In this document: in pieces, positions 10,418 to 21,525 of the stretch
Layout: every line of letters starts with the position of its first letter
Numbering within the stretch: position 1 is the stretch's first letter
Assembly (NCBI GenBank): GCA_035703635.1
Contig: DASSXV010000035.1
Coordinates: 1 to 37,104 of the forward strand
Direction: 5' to 3'
Source of the DNA: Trueperaceae bacterium
GTDB lineage: Bacteria > Deinococcota > Deinococci > Deinococcales > Trueperaceae
DNA length: 37,104 nt
Notes under the pieces: model-generated
Database searches by the model: none
Seen by the model: only the letters and a program-made list of their open reading frames with translations
What the model was told of the DNA's origin: nothing
Program-made: the position numbers and the translations under genes

Positions 10418-11861
10418 CGGGGCCCGGTGGGCGCTGCGCGCTTGCCTGCGCATGGGCGCCAGAGCTGGAACGCGCTTCACGCTCTGCACGCTCCTCGCTA
10501 TGGCCGCAGCACAAACCGGTTCTCCGGCTGCTGCGTCAACACCAGGCGCCGCGCTCAGCCCCTTCGGGACGTTGTTGGCGCTGTTCGACTCCGCCTACGC
10601 CCCGTCAGCCGCACTGAAAGCCGAGGCCGCCGCCCTGGCGGGTATGGCTCGAGACGCCTCGCTCGCCCAACTGCCCTCCTTCTCCGCCACCGAAAGGCTG
10701 GCGTGGCACGACTACGGCGCTCTCGGGATAAGCCTCGAACTCGCCGCCGAGCTACCCATCTACCGCTCACTTGCAGCGCCAACCGCTGCCATGCAGGCTC
10801 ACCGCGAGGCCACCCAGGCCTCCCGCGCAGCCGCGGCCGCGGCTGCCGCTCGCGCGCAATTCGTCCTGACGGTCCTGGCACTGGCGCTCACTCAGGAGCT
10901 CGAGCATGAAGCCACCGCGGCCACCGCCAGGTTCGCTGCGGAGGTCTGGCAGCCGCCAACCAACCTGGCCGACGCCCTGCACGTCGCCCCGTCAGAGCGC
11001 GAGCTGCTAGCGCTCTACCGCAGCGTCGTGAACCTCGCCGAGTTCGCAGCGGGCAACGCTGCCGAACTGCGCCGCGAACTAACGCGCACGCTCGGCACCT
11101 CCGTTACGGACTTGCCGCTACCGAAGTTCGCCGCAGCCATCGCGGCACTCGACATGGCGCCGCCCACGCTCGACTCCTGCCTCGCCACCGGACCCGAAGC
11201 TAGCGCAGCGCGCCAACGCTTCGAACAACGCCTGCTCGGGTTGACGCTCGAGCGCACGACCGAGCTAGAGGTGAACCTCTTCGGGCAAGTCGGCTACCAA
11301 GGAGGGTTCGGGGCCGGCGCGACCGGTGTGGCGCCTTCGGTAGCTGGACTTCAAGCACAACTTGGGGTCGCAGTGCGCCTGGCCATGCCGGATGGGTGGC
11401 CCGTGTCCGGCGAGGTCGGCGCTACGGCGCACCTCGGCGGCGCAGAGCAGACTCTCTCGCTGAGTTGGCCGCCGGTAAGGCGAAACGCGCACTCATTAGG
11501 TCACGCCGCGGCACTGGAAGACGCCAGCGGCGTGTTGGCGGCGGAGCTCGCGCAACTGACTTCCGAAGCAAGCACCCAGCTGCGCGCCTACGCGGACGCC
11601 ACAGCAGCCGTCGAAAACGCGGAGGCGCAGCTCTTGTGGCTCGCCTTTGACGTTCACCCAGACGCGCTCGACCTAGACTCCGCCAGAACTCTGGCCAGCC
11701 GTACGTTCGACAACCCAGTGCTCGAGCTCCACGCCGTGAGCTACCGCGCCGACGTCGCCTTCGCGCAGCTCACCCTTGCAACGCAGTTGGCTGACCTACA
11801 AGTCCTCTGCGGCGTCGGCGCGCTAGGCACGGTGCGCGCAGGCGAGGTCGCGCTGCCATGA
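10404..11861 (+). CDS. TolC/outer-membrane efflux-like protein (divergent)
   Basis: Signal-like N-terminus. Twice-repeated pattern of long Ala/Leu/Glu helices followed by amphipathic beta pairs (LPSFSATERL...GISLELAAELPIY; LEVNLFGQVGY...LQAQLGVAVRLAMP). True start may be 10452. Confidence 0.55.
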   Translation: MAPLDGARWALRACLRMGARAGTRFTLCTLLAMAAAQTGSPAAASTPGAALSPFGTLLALFDSAYAPSAALKAEAAALAGMARDASLAQLPSFSATERLAWHDYGALGISLELAAELPIYRSLAAPTAAMQAHREATQASRAAAAAAAARAQFVLTVLALALTQELEHEATAATARFAAEVWQPPTNLADALHVAPSERELLALYRSVVNLAEFAAGNAAELRRELTRTLGTSVTDLPLPKFAAAIAALDMAPPTLDSCLATGPEASAARQRFEQRLLGLTLERTTELEVNLFGQVGYQGGFGAGATGVAPSVAGLQAQLGVAVRLAMPDGWPVSGEVGATAHLGGAEQTLSLSWPPVRRNAHSLGHAAALEDASGVLAAELAQLTSEASTQLRAYADATAAVENAEAQLLWLAFDVHPDALDLDSARTLASRTFDNPVLELHAVSYRADVAFAQLTLATQLADLQVLCGVGALGTVRAGEVALP

Positions 11862-12931
11862 GGCGCCCTCAGGGCGCGCGGTTCGGTGAGTTCGCGCCCG
11901 CTTGCCGGGTCGTGGGTGGCGCTGCGCTCGCAATCGTCGTCGGCTTCGCGCTGCTTGCCTTCTCTGAGCTGTGGGTTGGCTCCGCCACGCTGCCGCGGTG
12001 GCTCCCGCCGCCGCCGTACTGGGTCGGCCGCACCCTGCATGGCCTGCCGTTCGCCAAGTCCGCCCCCTGGAAGTTAGTGCGCTACAAGCTAGTCGGAGTG
12101 TCTCTCCAGGCCACCGCGCTGCCCCCCTGGTCGGACGCGCACACGCCGGCACAAGCAGCGTTGAGCGCTGGCAGCTATCTCGGTTGGACCAGCGCTACCG
12201 GCGGAAGCCTCACGTTCTACGGTCACGCCTGCACGCCAGCTGACCCCGTGGCCGCCCTCACCCTGCGCGGGACCAGGGAGGACGTCGAGTTCACGGGCGC
12301 CGCCCTCATCACGGCTGACGCCGACCCTGACGTCGGCTACTCCCTACCGACTACCCGCCTCACGGGCCCGCTGCCGATTGGTGACCTGGGTTCAACGGCT
12401 CTCGCACGCTGCCGCTCGGGCGCCGAGGCGCTCCATCAACTTGGGGCCGTGCGGGTTGCCGAAGCGCCAGGCAACCCAGCCAACCTGCAAGTGCACCTCT
12501 CCACATGGCCCGCGGCGGGGGTGTACGCCGAGCTCGTCGTCGTGAACCCTGGCCCCGCCAGCCTAGTCGTCACAGGCGTCGAGTATGCCCCCGCCCAAGC
12601 CGCCACCGGCAGGGTGCGCGTGATGACTGGCCCCGCCGTCCAGCCGCCCGCGCTGAGCGGAACACCTAGCGCGGCACAAGTGAACGAGTTCCAGCGCGCC
12701 AAACGCGCGCTCGTAACTAGCGGCAACCTGCCCGTTGACAACGCTGACGCGCTCTCGATCGTGCTGCGATCATCCGAGGCCGCCTTGATCGTCATCGACC
12801 AGGGCTCGTTTCACCCGACGCGGCCACAACTGCCAGCATTCTTCTACCCAGTCGTCTCATATGAGAGCCCCAGCGGTGCCGGAGCCGCACTAGTATCCGA
12901 TCGGTTCGCTGTGGGCTGGACCTGGCAGTAG
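11858..12931 (+). CDS. Hypothetical membrane-anchored protein with a C-terminal Ig-like domain
   Basis: ATGA overlap with the upstream gene; one N-terminal TM helix; VVNPGPASLVVTGVEY motif. Confidence 0.6.
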   Translation: MRRPQGARFGEFAPACRVVGGAALAIVVGFALLAFSELWVGSATLPRWLPPPPYWVGRTLHGLPFAKSAPWKLVRYKLVGVSLQATALPPWSDAHTPAQAALSAGSYLGWTSATGGSLTFYGHACTPADPVAALTLRGTREDVEFTGAALITADADPDVGYSLPTTRLTGPLPIGDLGSTALARCRSGAEALHQLGAVRVAEAPGNPANLQVHLSTWPAAGVYAELVVVNPGPASLVVTGVEYAPAQAATGRVRVMTGPAVQPPALSGTPSAAQVNEFQRAKRALVTSGNLPVDNADALSIVLRSSEAALIVIDQGSFHPTRPQLPAFFYPVVSYESPSGAGAALVSDRFAVGWTWQ

Positions 12932-12993
12932 TCCCACGGCAGCGTCCCTCGGAACCGCCTGCAAGCCACGGCTCGGAAGCTGGGCGCGGGCTG

Positions 12994-13002
12994 TGCTACA
13001 CT
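12994..13002 (+). promoter_or_regulatory. Extended -10 promoter candidate for the rpsF operon
   Basis: TGcTACACT, about 185 nt upstream of the rpsF start. Confidence 0.5.
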
Positions 13003-13187
13003 CCTTATTTGCCGCGCGTTAGTCTGGCTAGTCCAACGATGCGTGGTGGCGAGCCGATGCTGGGGAAGGTGAGCGCAGGCCGGAGGTCGGCCTGGCGCGT
13101 CGTGTCGCTCCGAACGCAGCCGCGTGTGGAGAGCACAGCGCGCGTCTCTCACGAGACCGAGTGCCACCAGCCTGGAAGGAGGTGCAC

Positions 13188-13538
13188 ATGTCAAACACCA
13201 CCAAGTACGATCTCAACGTCATCCTTGACCCGAGCCTTAGCGAACAGCAGGTCCAGTCGGAGAAAGACGCCGTTGCGCTCCAAGTCGAGCGCGCGGGAGG
13301 TGAGATCCTCTCTGTCGACGAGTGGGGAATGCGCCGTCTGGCGTACCCGATCCGCAAAGGCAACGAGGGCTACTTTCTCATCTATCGCCTACACCTGAGC
13401 GGCGAAAGCCCCAAGACCATCGAAGCTGCGTTACGCCAACGCGATAACGTCATGCGAGTCCTGGTCGTCCGGGAACGCCCGGAGTGGAAGACGAAGAAAG
13501 AACCGAAGGTCGAAGGCAAGGCCGAGGCCGCTGCCTAA
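13188..13538 (+). CDS. rpsF: 30S ribosomal protein S6
   Basis: KYDLNVILDP, WGMRRLAYPIRKGNEGYF, NVMRVLVV; AAGGAGG RBS; first gene of rpsF-ssb-rpsR-rplI. Confidence 0.97.
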   Translation: MSNTTKYDLNVILDPSLSEQQVQSEKDAVALQVERAGGEILSVDEWGMRRLAYPIRKGNEGYFLIYRLHLSGESPKTIEAALRQRDNVMRVLVVRERPEWKTKKEPKVEGKAEAAA

Positions 13539-13576
13539 GCCAAGAATCTATTGACGAGCGGTTGGGGAGTCATCTC

Positions 13577-14407
13577 ATGGCACGTGGTTTGAACAACGTT
13601 TACCTTGTCGGCACGCTGGTTCAGAAACCAGATCTGCGCTACACCCCCGGTGGGTTAGCCATCTTGGAGATGAACTTGGCGGGCAATGACAACGTCATGG
13701 GAGATGACGACCAACCTCGCGAGTTGGCCTGGTACCACCGCGCAACGCTCTTCGGGGCGCAAGCGGAGATGATGGCCGACCAACTGCAAGAGGGCACCGC
13801 CGTGTTCGTCGAGGGACGCCTCAACTACCGCACCTGGGATGCCCAGGACGGCCAGAGGCGCTCAGCTCTCGACGTGAACGCGCAACGCGTTGACGTGGTC
13901 ACCCCGGGCGTACGCTCGGGCGAAGCCACCGTGATCGACGCGCGTGGCCAGCACCGGCTCAAGAACGCGCTCAATCAGGTGCTCATAGTAGGCAACCTGA
14001 CACGCGACGCCGAGATGCGCTCAACGCCCTCAGGGGCGTCCGTCACGCGCTTCGGAGTGGCGGTCAACGAGCGTTTTCGGGGCAAAGGCGGAGACGATCA
14101 GGAGCGCACTCACTTCGTGGACGTCACCGTGTGGCGCGAACTCGCGGAAGGTTGCGAGGCTCTTCGCAAAGGCGACGGTGTGTTCGTGATCGGCAGGCTC
14201 GTCAATGATTCTTGGACCGACAAGGAAGGTAACCGTCGGTTCACGACGCGGTTAGAAGGACAACGCGTCGAGTTCCTCTCTCGCGGTCCCGGCAGCGGTG
14301 GAGCCGGAACCCGTACGGAGCGCACCGTCGCTACCGGCGCCCAGGCGAGTTCGTCGAAGTTGGATATCGACGAAGAGTTTCCACCAGAAGAGGACCTACC
14401 CTTCTAG
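13577..14407 (+). CDS. ssb: Single-stranded DNA-binding protein, Deinococcus-Thermus two-OB-fold type
   Basis: MARGLNNVYLVG...PDLRYTPGG and a second OB fold LNQVLIVGNLTRDAEMRSTPSG; C-terminal EEDLPF. Confidence 0.97.
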   Translation: MARGLNNVYLVGTLVQKPDLRYTPGGLAILEMNLAGNDNVMGDDDQPRELAWYHRATLFGAQAEMMADQLQEGTAVFVEGRLNYRTWDAQDGQRRSALDVNAQRVDVVTPGVRSGEATVIDARGQHRLKNALNQVLIVGNLTRDAEMRSTPSGASVTRFGVAVNERFRGKGGDDQERTHFVDVTVWRELAEGCEALRKGDGVFVIGRLVNDSWTDKEGNRRFTTRLEGQRVEFLSRGPGSGGAGTRTERTVATGAQASSSKLDIDEEFPPEEDLPF

Positions 14408-14698
14408 ATGGCTAGAGAAGCAAGAGACAAGGGCGGCGATCGCGATCGCCGCCGTGGACGTGGAGGCGGCCGTCGCGGTCGTCGCCCACGCGTTTGCCCG
14501 TTCTGCGCGGGTGAATACGAGATCATGGATTACCACGACGGTCGGGTGCTTCGGCGCTTCATCTCCGATACCGCCAAGATCCTTCCCCGTCGTCGCACCG
14601 GTGTATGCGCCAGGCACCAGCGTCGGCTCGCCACCACGATCAAGCGTGCGCGCATGCTCGCGATCATCCCCATCACTGAGAAGCTGGTGCGGAAATGA
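14408..14698 (+). CDS. rpsR: 30S ribosomal protein S18 (zinc-ribbon form)
   Basis: CPFC...DYHDGRVLRRFISDTAKILPRRRTGVCARHQR...IKRAR. Confidence 0.96.
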   Translation: MAREARDKGGDRDRRRGRGGGRRGRRPRVCPFCAGEYEIMDYHDGRVLRRFISDTAKILPRRRTGVCARHQRRLATTIKRARMLAIIPITEKLVRK

Positions 14699-15147
14699 AC
14701 GTCATCCTGCTTGAGCCCGTCGAGAAGTTGGGCGAAGCAGGGGAAGTCGTCCGTGTAAAGGACGGCTACGCCCGTAACTTCCTCGTCCCGCGCGGCCTAG
14801 CGCTGCCAGCGACGAAGTCCAACCAGGCCGAACTTCAGGCGCGCCTCGCGCAACGCGCACGCCAGTTGGCGGAGCGCAAGTCCGACGCGGAGCGCCTCGC
14901 CAGCATGCTCGGTGACGCCCACGTTGAGATCCGCGTCAAGGCTGGCGAAGGCCGCATCTACGGCTCGGTCGGCAACCGCGATATCGCGGATGCCCTCAAG
15001 GCCGCCTACGACGTCGAGATCGATCGCCGCAAGGTGTTGCTCCTCGAGCCGATCAAGGTAACTGGCGAGTACGCGGTTCCGTACCGCCCGCACCCGGAAG
15101 TCACGATCGATCTCAAGGTGCTCGTCGTCTCCGACGAAGAAGCCTGA
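14695..15147 (+). CDS. rplI: 50S ribosomal protein L9
   Basis: MNVILLEPVEKLGEAGEVVRVKDGYARNFLVPRGLA; GRIYGSV. Confidence 0.97.
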   Translation: MNVILLEPVEKLGEAGEVVRVKDGYARNFLVPRGLALPATKSNQAELQARLAQRARQLAERKSDAERLASMLGDAHVEIRVKAGEGRIYGSVGNRDIADALKAAYDVEIDRRKVLLLEPIKVTGEYAVPYRPHPEVTIDLKVLVVSDEEA

Positions 15148-15185
15148 GTTTCGCCATTGATATGCGGCGCTTGCCGCTAGTCAAG

Positions 15186-15229
15186 AATCAGCCGCGGTCG
15201 AGTAACATCGACCGCGGCTGATTTTCTTT
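15186..15229. terminator. Intrinsic terminator, probably bidirectional, between convergent rplI and pyk
   Basis: AATCAGCCGCGGTCGA-gtaaca-TCGACCGCGGCTGATT (16-bp stem) followed by TTCTTT. Confidence 0.85.
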
Positions 15230-15268
15230 ATGTCGTCCTACGGCGCTGGTCGCCGCGTTTCGTTCAGT

Positions 15269-17991
<2,723 letters not shown>

Positions 17992-19083
17992 TTACGCAGT
18001 CCTGAGGGGTACTACCATCGCGAGGTAACTCGGGTCGCCAAGGTCAGTGATCACGCTGGGCGCCGAGTTGGTGCCTGAGAAGCTCAGGCGCACGTCGCCG
18101 TTCACGGGCGCAACCGCATCGACGAGGTACTTGCTGTTGTAAGCCAAACCGATCTCTGAGTCGGTGCCTTCCTGTATGACGGGGATGGCCTCCTGGCTTC
18201 GGCCGAAGCTCCCTTCGGCCGTGATCTGCAGTTCACCATCCTTGATGAACAGGTCTACGCGGTTGTTGGTGGTCTTGTCAGCCATGAGAGCCACGCGGGC
18301 GACGGCCTCCGCGAGGCGAGTCGATCCGAGAGTGATGCTGACGGGGAAGTTCTTGGGGATCACCCGCTCGTAGTCAGGGAAGGTTCCCTCCATGAGCTTG
18401 AGGTTTAGCGCGTAATTACCGTGCTGCACGCTAAGTTGGCCGGGCTCGAGGGCGAGCTTGACCTCGCCTTCGTCGAGCACTCTCAGTAGCTCTTCGACGC
18501 TGCGTGCCGGCACGATGATGTCGGCCTGAAGGCCAGAACTCTCTGCTATATCGAAGTAGGCCAGCCTGAAACCATCCGTTGCCACCGTGCGAGTGCGACC
18601 GTCGGCGAGTTCGAGCTTCACACCCCGGAAGACGGCCTGGAAATCAGCTACAGCCGCGGCATATTTGACGGCGGCCAGGCCACGCGCGAACCGTGGTGCG
18701 TCGAGCGCGCCAGAGAACTCGGTTGCGAAGTTGAGCATGGGAGCGGAGCCGGGCGCCATCAATTGCAGTTTCGTAGCGAAGCCGCCAGAGCGCAGTTGCA
18801 GTTCGTCTTCAGCGAACTCTAGTTCGACGTCGTCTGACGGTAGAGCCCTTACGACTTGGCTGAACACGTGGCCCAGGACGGCGTAACTACCGCGCCCAGG
18901 TGAGTCGGCCGCGAAGCGGGCACGGATGTCAACGTCCATGTTCGACCCACTGAGTTCCATGCCGTCCTCGCTGACATCGATGCGCAGCAAGCTCAACCCT
19001 GGGTTGCTTGAGCGGCTGGGAACGATCCGCTCAACGCGAGCGAGCGTTTCGGCAAGGCTCTTCTTTGGGACGAGCACCTTCAT
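17992..19083 (-). CDS. dnaN: DNA polymerase III beta sliding clamp
   Basis: VATDGFRLA, EGTFPDYERVIP, YNSKYLVDA, VVPLR; downstream of dnaA. Confidence 0.97.
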   Translation of the reverse strand: MKVLVPKKSLAETLARVERIVPSRSSNPGLSLLRIDVSEDGMELSGSNMDVDIRARFAADSPGRGSYAVLGHVFSQVVRALPSDDVELEFAEDELQLRSGGFATKLQLMAPGSAPMLNFATEFSGALDAPRFARGLAAVKYAAAVADFQAVFRGVKLELADGRTRTVATDGFRLAYFDIAESSGLQADIIVPARSVEELLRVLDEGEVKLALEPGQLSVQHGNYALNLKLMEGTFPDYERVIPKNFPVSITLGSTRLAEAVARVALMADKTTNNRVDLFIKDGELQITAEGSFGRSQEAIPVIQEGTDSEIGLAYNSKYLVDAVAPVNGDVRLSFSGTNSAPSVITDLGDPSYLAMVVPLRTA

Positions 19084-19370
19084 ACGACACTCCTGTGATT
19101 CATTCCGCTAAGCGCCAAAGTCGTCGTGGCTGATCAAGAGGGGCAATAGCGCCAGGCGTTGGGTCTCACGAGCGACCCGGGCTAGAGCATACATCGTGAG
19201 CTACGTAGCTGGCGCGGCGGGCCGTTTGCAGTTGTGTGGGCCAGCGCTTCGATTGGCTTGGTTGGCTGAGGTTAGCTCGTGGCGCGAGGGTTTCGCTTGG
19301 CTGCTAGGCTCAGGCCTAGGTGCTCTAGGTTGTGACTTAGGAATCTCTCAATTTTGAAGGGGAACACCCG

Positions 19371-19577
19371 TAATAGTAGGGGGTGTGGAAACTGTGGAAA
19401 GGTACCCTGTTTGAGTCTGGGCCGAGGTAATGGCTGTTGAGGGAAATGTGGATAACTAGCACCTCGTTGTGGATAAGTACGCTGGTCTTCCACTCTCGTC
19501 CACAGCGCGTCTAGCACACAGATAATCCACAACTGGATACACAGCTTGTAGACAGGTTATCCATAGAGTTGTCCACA
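19371..19577. other. oriC: Chromosomal replication origin oriC (DnaA boxes and DnaA-trios)
   Basis: Perfect TGTGGATAA at 19447 and 19468. Variants TGTGGAAAC 19384, TGTGGAAAG 19393, TCGTCCACA 19496, TAATCCACA 19523, GGATACACA 19535, TTATCCATA 19557, TTGTCCACA 19569. TAATAGTAG trios at 19371. Lies between dnaA and dnaN. Confidence 0.93.
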
Positions 19578-19607
19578 GGCACATTGTGTTCAGATATACG
19601 TTCGACT

Positions 19608-19630
19608 GCGGGCGGCCCACGGCCGCCCGC
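19608..19630 (-). other. GC-rich hairpin between the dnaA stop and the DnaA-box array
   Basis: GCGGGCGGCC-cac-GGCCGCCCGC, 10-bp stem; no clear U-tract. Confidence 0.55.
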
Positions 19631-19651
19631 GCTGCGAAGTAGGTCGACGAC

Positions 19652-20995
19652 TTATACGAGGGTTTCGCGGATGGAACGGACGGCTCTTGCCAGGTCGCTA
19701 TCGCTGTCGCTCGTGTTCTGGATCTTCTGGACGGCGTACATGACGGTGGAGTGATCGCGCCCCGAAAAGTAGCCGCCAATCTCGGGGTAGGAGTGGGTCG
19801 TCAACTCCCTTATCAGGAACATGGCTATCTGGCGCGGCACCACGAGTTCCTGTCGCCTGCCTTTGCCGCGGACATCGTCTGGCTTAACGCCGAAGTGATC
19901 AGCGGTTCGCTTGAGGATGTCGGGCATGGTCAGCGCTATCTCGCTTGGTGCGAAGACATCTGACAGGGCCTTGGCGACCGTCTGGCGGTTGAGCGGCGAC
20001 TGGTTCATCGAGGAGTAGACGATGGCTCTGACGAGCGCGCCTTCCAGCTCGCGGATGTTCGAGGTCACGTGCCTTGCGATGTAGTCGATGACCTCGGCAG
20101 GTACCTTCACACCCCGATACTCCGCGTTCATCGCCAGGATCGCTATGCGCGTCTCAAGCTCGGGTGCCTGGATGTCGGTTATCAGCCCCCACTCGAAGCG
20201 GCTACGCAGGCGCTTCTCTAGTGTCGGGATGTCCTTCGGGGGCCGGTCGGATGACACGATAAGCTGCTTGCCCGACTCGTAGAGCGCGTTGAAGGTGTGG
20301 AAGAACTCCTCCTGCGTGCGCTCCTTGCCCGCGATGAACTGGATGTCGTCGATCAGTAGCACGTCGATCGTGCGGTAGCGGTCCCTGAACTGCGTCATCC
20401 GGTCCTCGCGGATGGCCGTGATGAGGTCGTTCGTGAACGCCTCGGTGGTCACGTACTCCACTTGGAGGTTCGGTTGGCGTTCGAAAGCCGCGTGCCCGAC
20501 GGCGTGCATGAGGTGCGTCTTACCGAGCCCAGCTTCGCCGTAGAGGAAAAGAGGGTTGTATGCGCGGCCAGGGGCCTCGACCACGGCGCGCGCCGCGGCG
20601 TTGGCGAGGTTGTTGTTCGGACCGACGACGAAGTTGGCGAAGACGTACTTGGGGTTGAGCGTCGGCTTCCTGGCGATGGGCTTTTCGCTGTTCACCAGCT
20701 CTATAGGTGGCGCGCTGAACATGTCCCGCTGCTCGGTTACCTGCGTAGGCACGACCTGGAACGTCACCTTCGGTGAGTCCATGCCGAGCCCGCGCAGGGC
20801 TTCCTCGATGACTTCCGTGTAGTTTGTGCGTAGCCAATCGCGAGCGAAGCCGTGAGGTACGGCAAGGACGAACGCACCGTCGACGAAGCCGTGCGGCGTC
20901 ACCTGGGCGAACCAGGTGCGGAACTCTACCTCGGGGATCTGTGCGCGAACGAGCGCGATGACGTCGTCCCACATCCCCTCCAGCTTGGCCGCCAT
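19652..20995 (-). CDS. dnaA: Chromosomal replication initiator DnaA
   Basis: YNPLFLYGEAGLGKTHL, LLIDDIQF, QEEFFHTFN, RSRFEWGL, NIRELEGAL, GRDHSTVMYA; AAGGAG RBS. Confidence 0.99.
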   Translation of the reverse strand: MAAKLEGMWDDVIALVRAQIPEVEFRTWFAQVTPHGFVDGAFVLAVPHGFARDWLRTNYTEVIEEALRGLGMDSPKVTFQVVPTQVTEQRDMFSAPPIELVNSEKPIARKPTLNPKYVFANFVVGPNNNLANAAARAVVEAPGRAYNPLFLYGEAGLGKTHLMHAVGHAAFERQPNLQVEYVTTEAFTNDLITAIREDRMTQFRDRYRTIDVLLIDDIQFIAGKERTQEEFFHTFNALYESGKQLIVSSDRPPKDIPTLEKRLRSRFEWGLITDIQAPELETRIAILAMNAEYRGVKVPAEVIDYIARHVTSNIRELEGALVRAIVYSSMNQSPLNRQTVAKALSDVFAPSEIALTMPDILKRTADHFGVKPDDVRGKGRRQELVVPRQIAMFLIRELTTHSYPEIGGYFSGRDHSTVMYAVQKIQNTSDSDSDLARAVRSIRETLV

Positions 20996-21525
20996 CGCAC
21001 TACCTCTCCTTCGTCCTCTATCGCCTTAGCCGCAAGCGCGACTGCCTTCGGCGTCGACCCGCTGCTCCGCTGACCCCTAACTGCTCGCGCCAGCCAAGTC
21101 GCGGGACACCGATTCTGGCACCCACCGCCCGGTTGGGGCAAGCGCCTCGGAGGCGGTCGGTCAGGCGCGTGCGCAGACCCGCCCCAGCAGCTTCATCCAA
21201 GCCCAAGGGCCGTTAGTAGACTCCAAGTCCTGAGATCGTGGGGCGAAGCTACACCTCGAGGCGCGCCCGAGTGCTCGTGGGACACGTCGTTGATCGCGGT
21301 GCGCCGCAGGCCAGGGCAGTGTATCAGAGATGGCGGCGGCACCCGCCCCTGGCGACGGCAGAGCGCGCCACGGAACCGAGCGGCCGCCTTCATGGCCTTT
21401 TGGTGTTCGAGCCGTTGGCCTTACCGAGCGACGGCTCACCTGTCGCTATACTCTGGTGCGCTCATGGCCGCGGCCACTAGGGACTGGTAGGCCGTGGGAG
21501 GTGGGAACCCAGAACGGAGGGGCAG

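Noticed and set aside
13539-13576. Radiation-desiccation response motif (DdrO box) before ssb
   Set aside because: Only a TTGAC core is present; no 17-bp palindrome.
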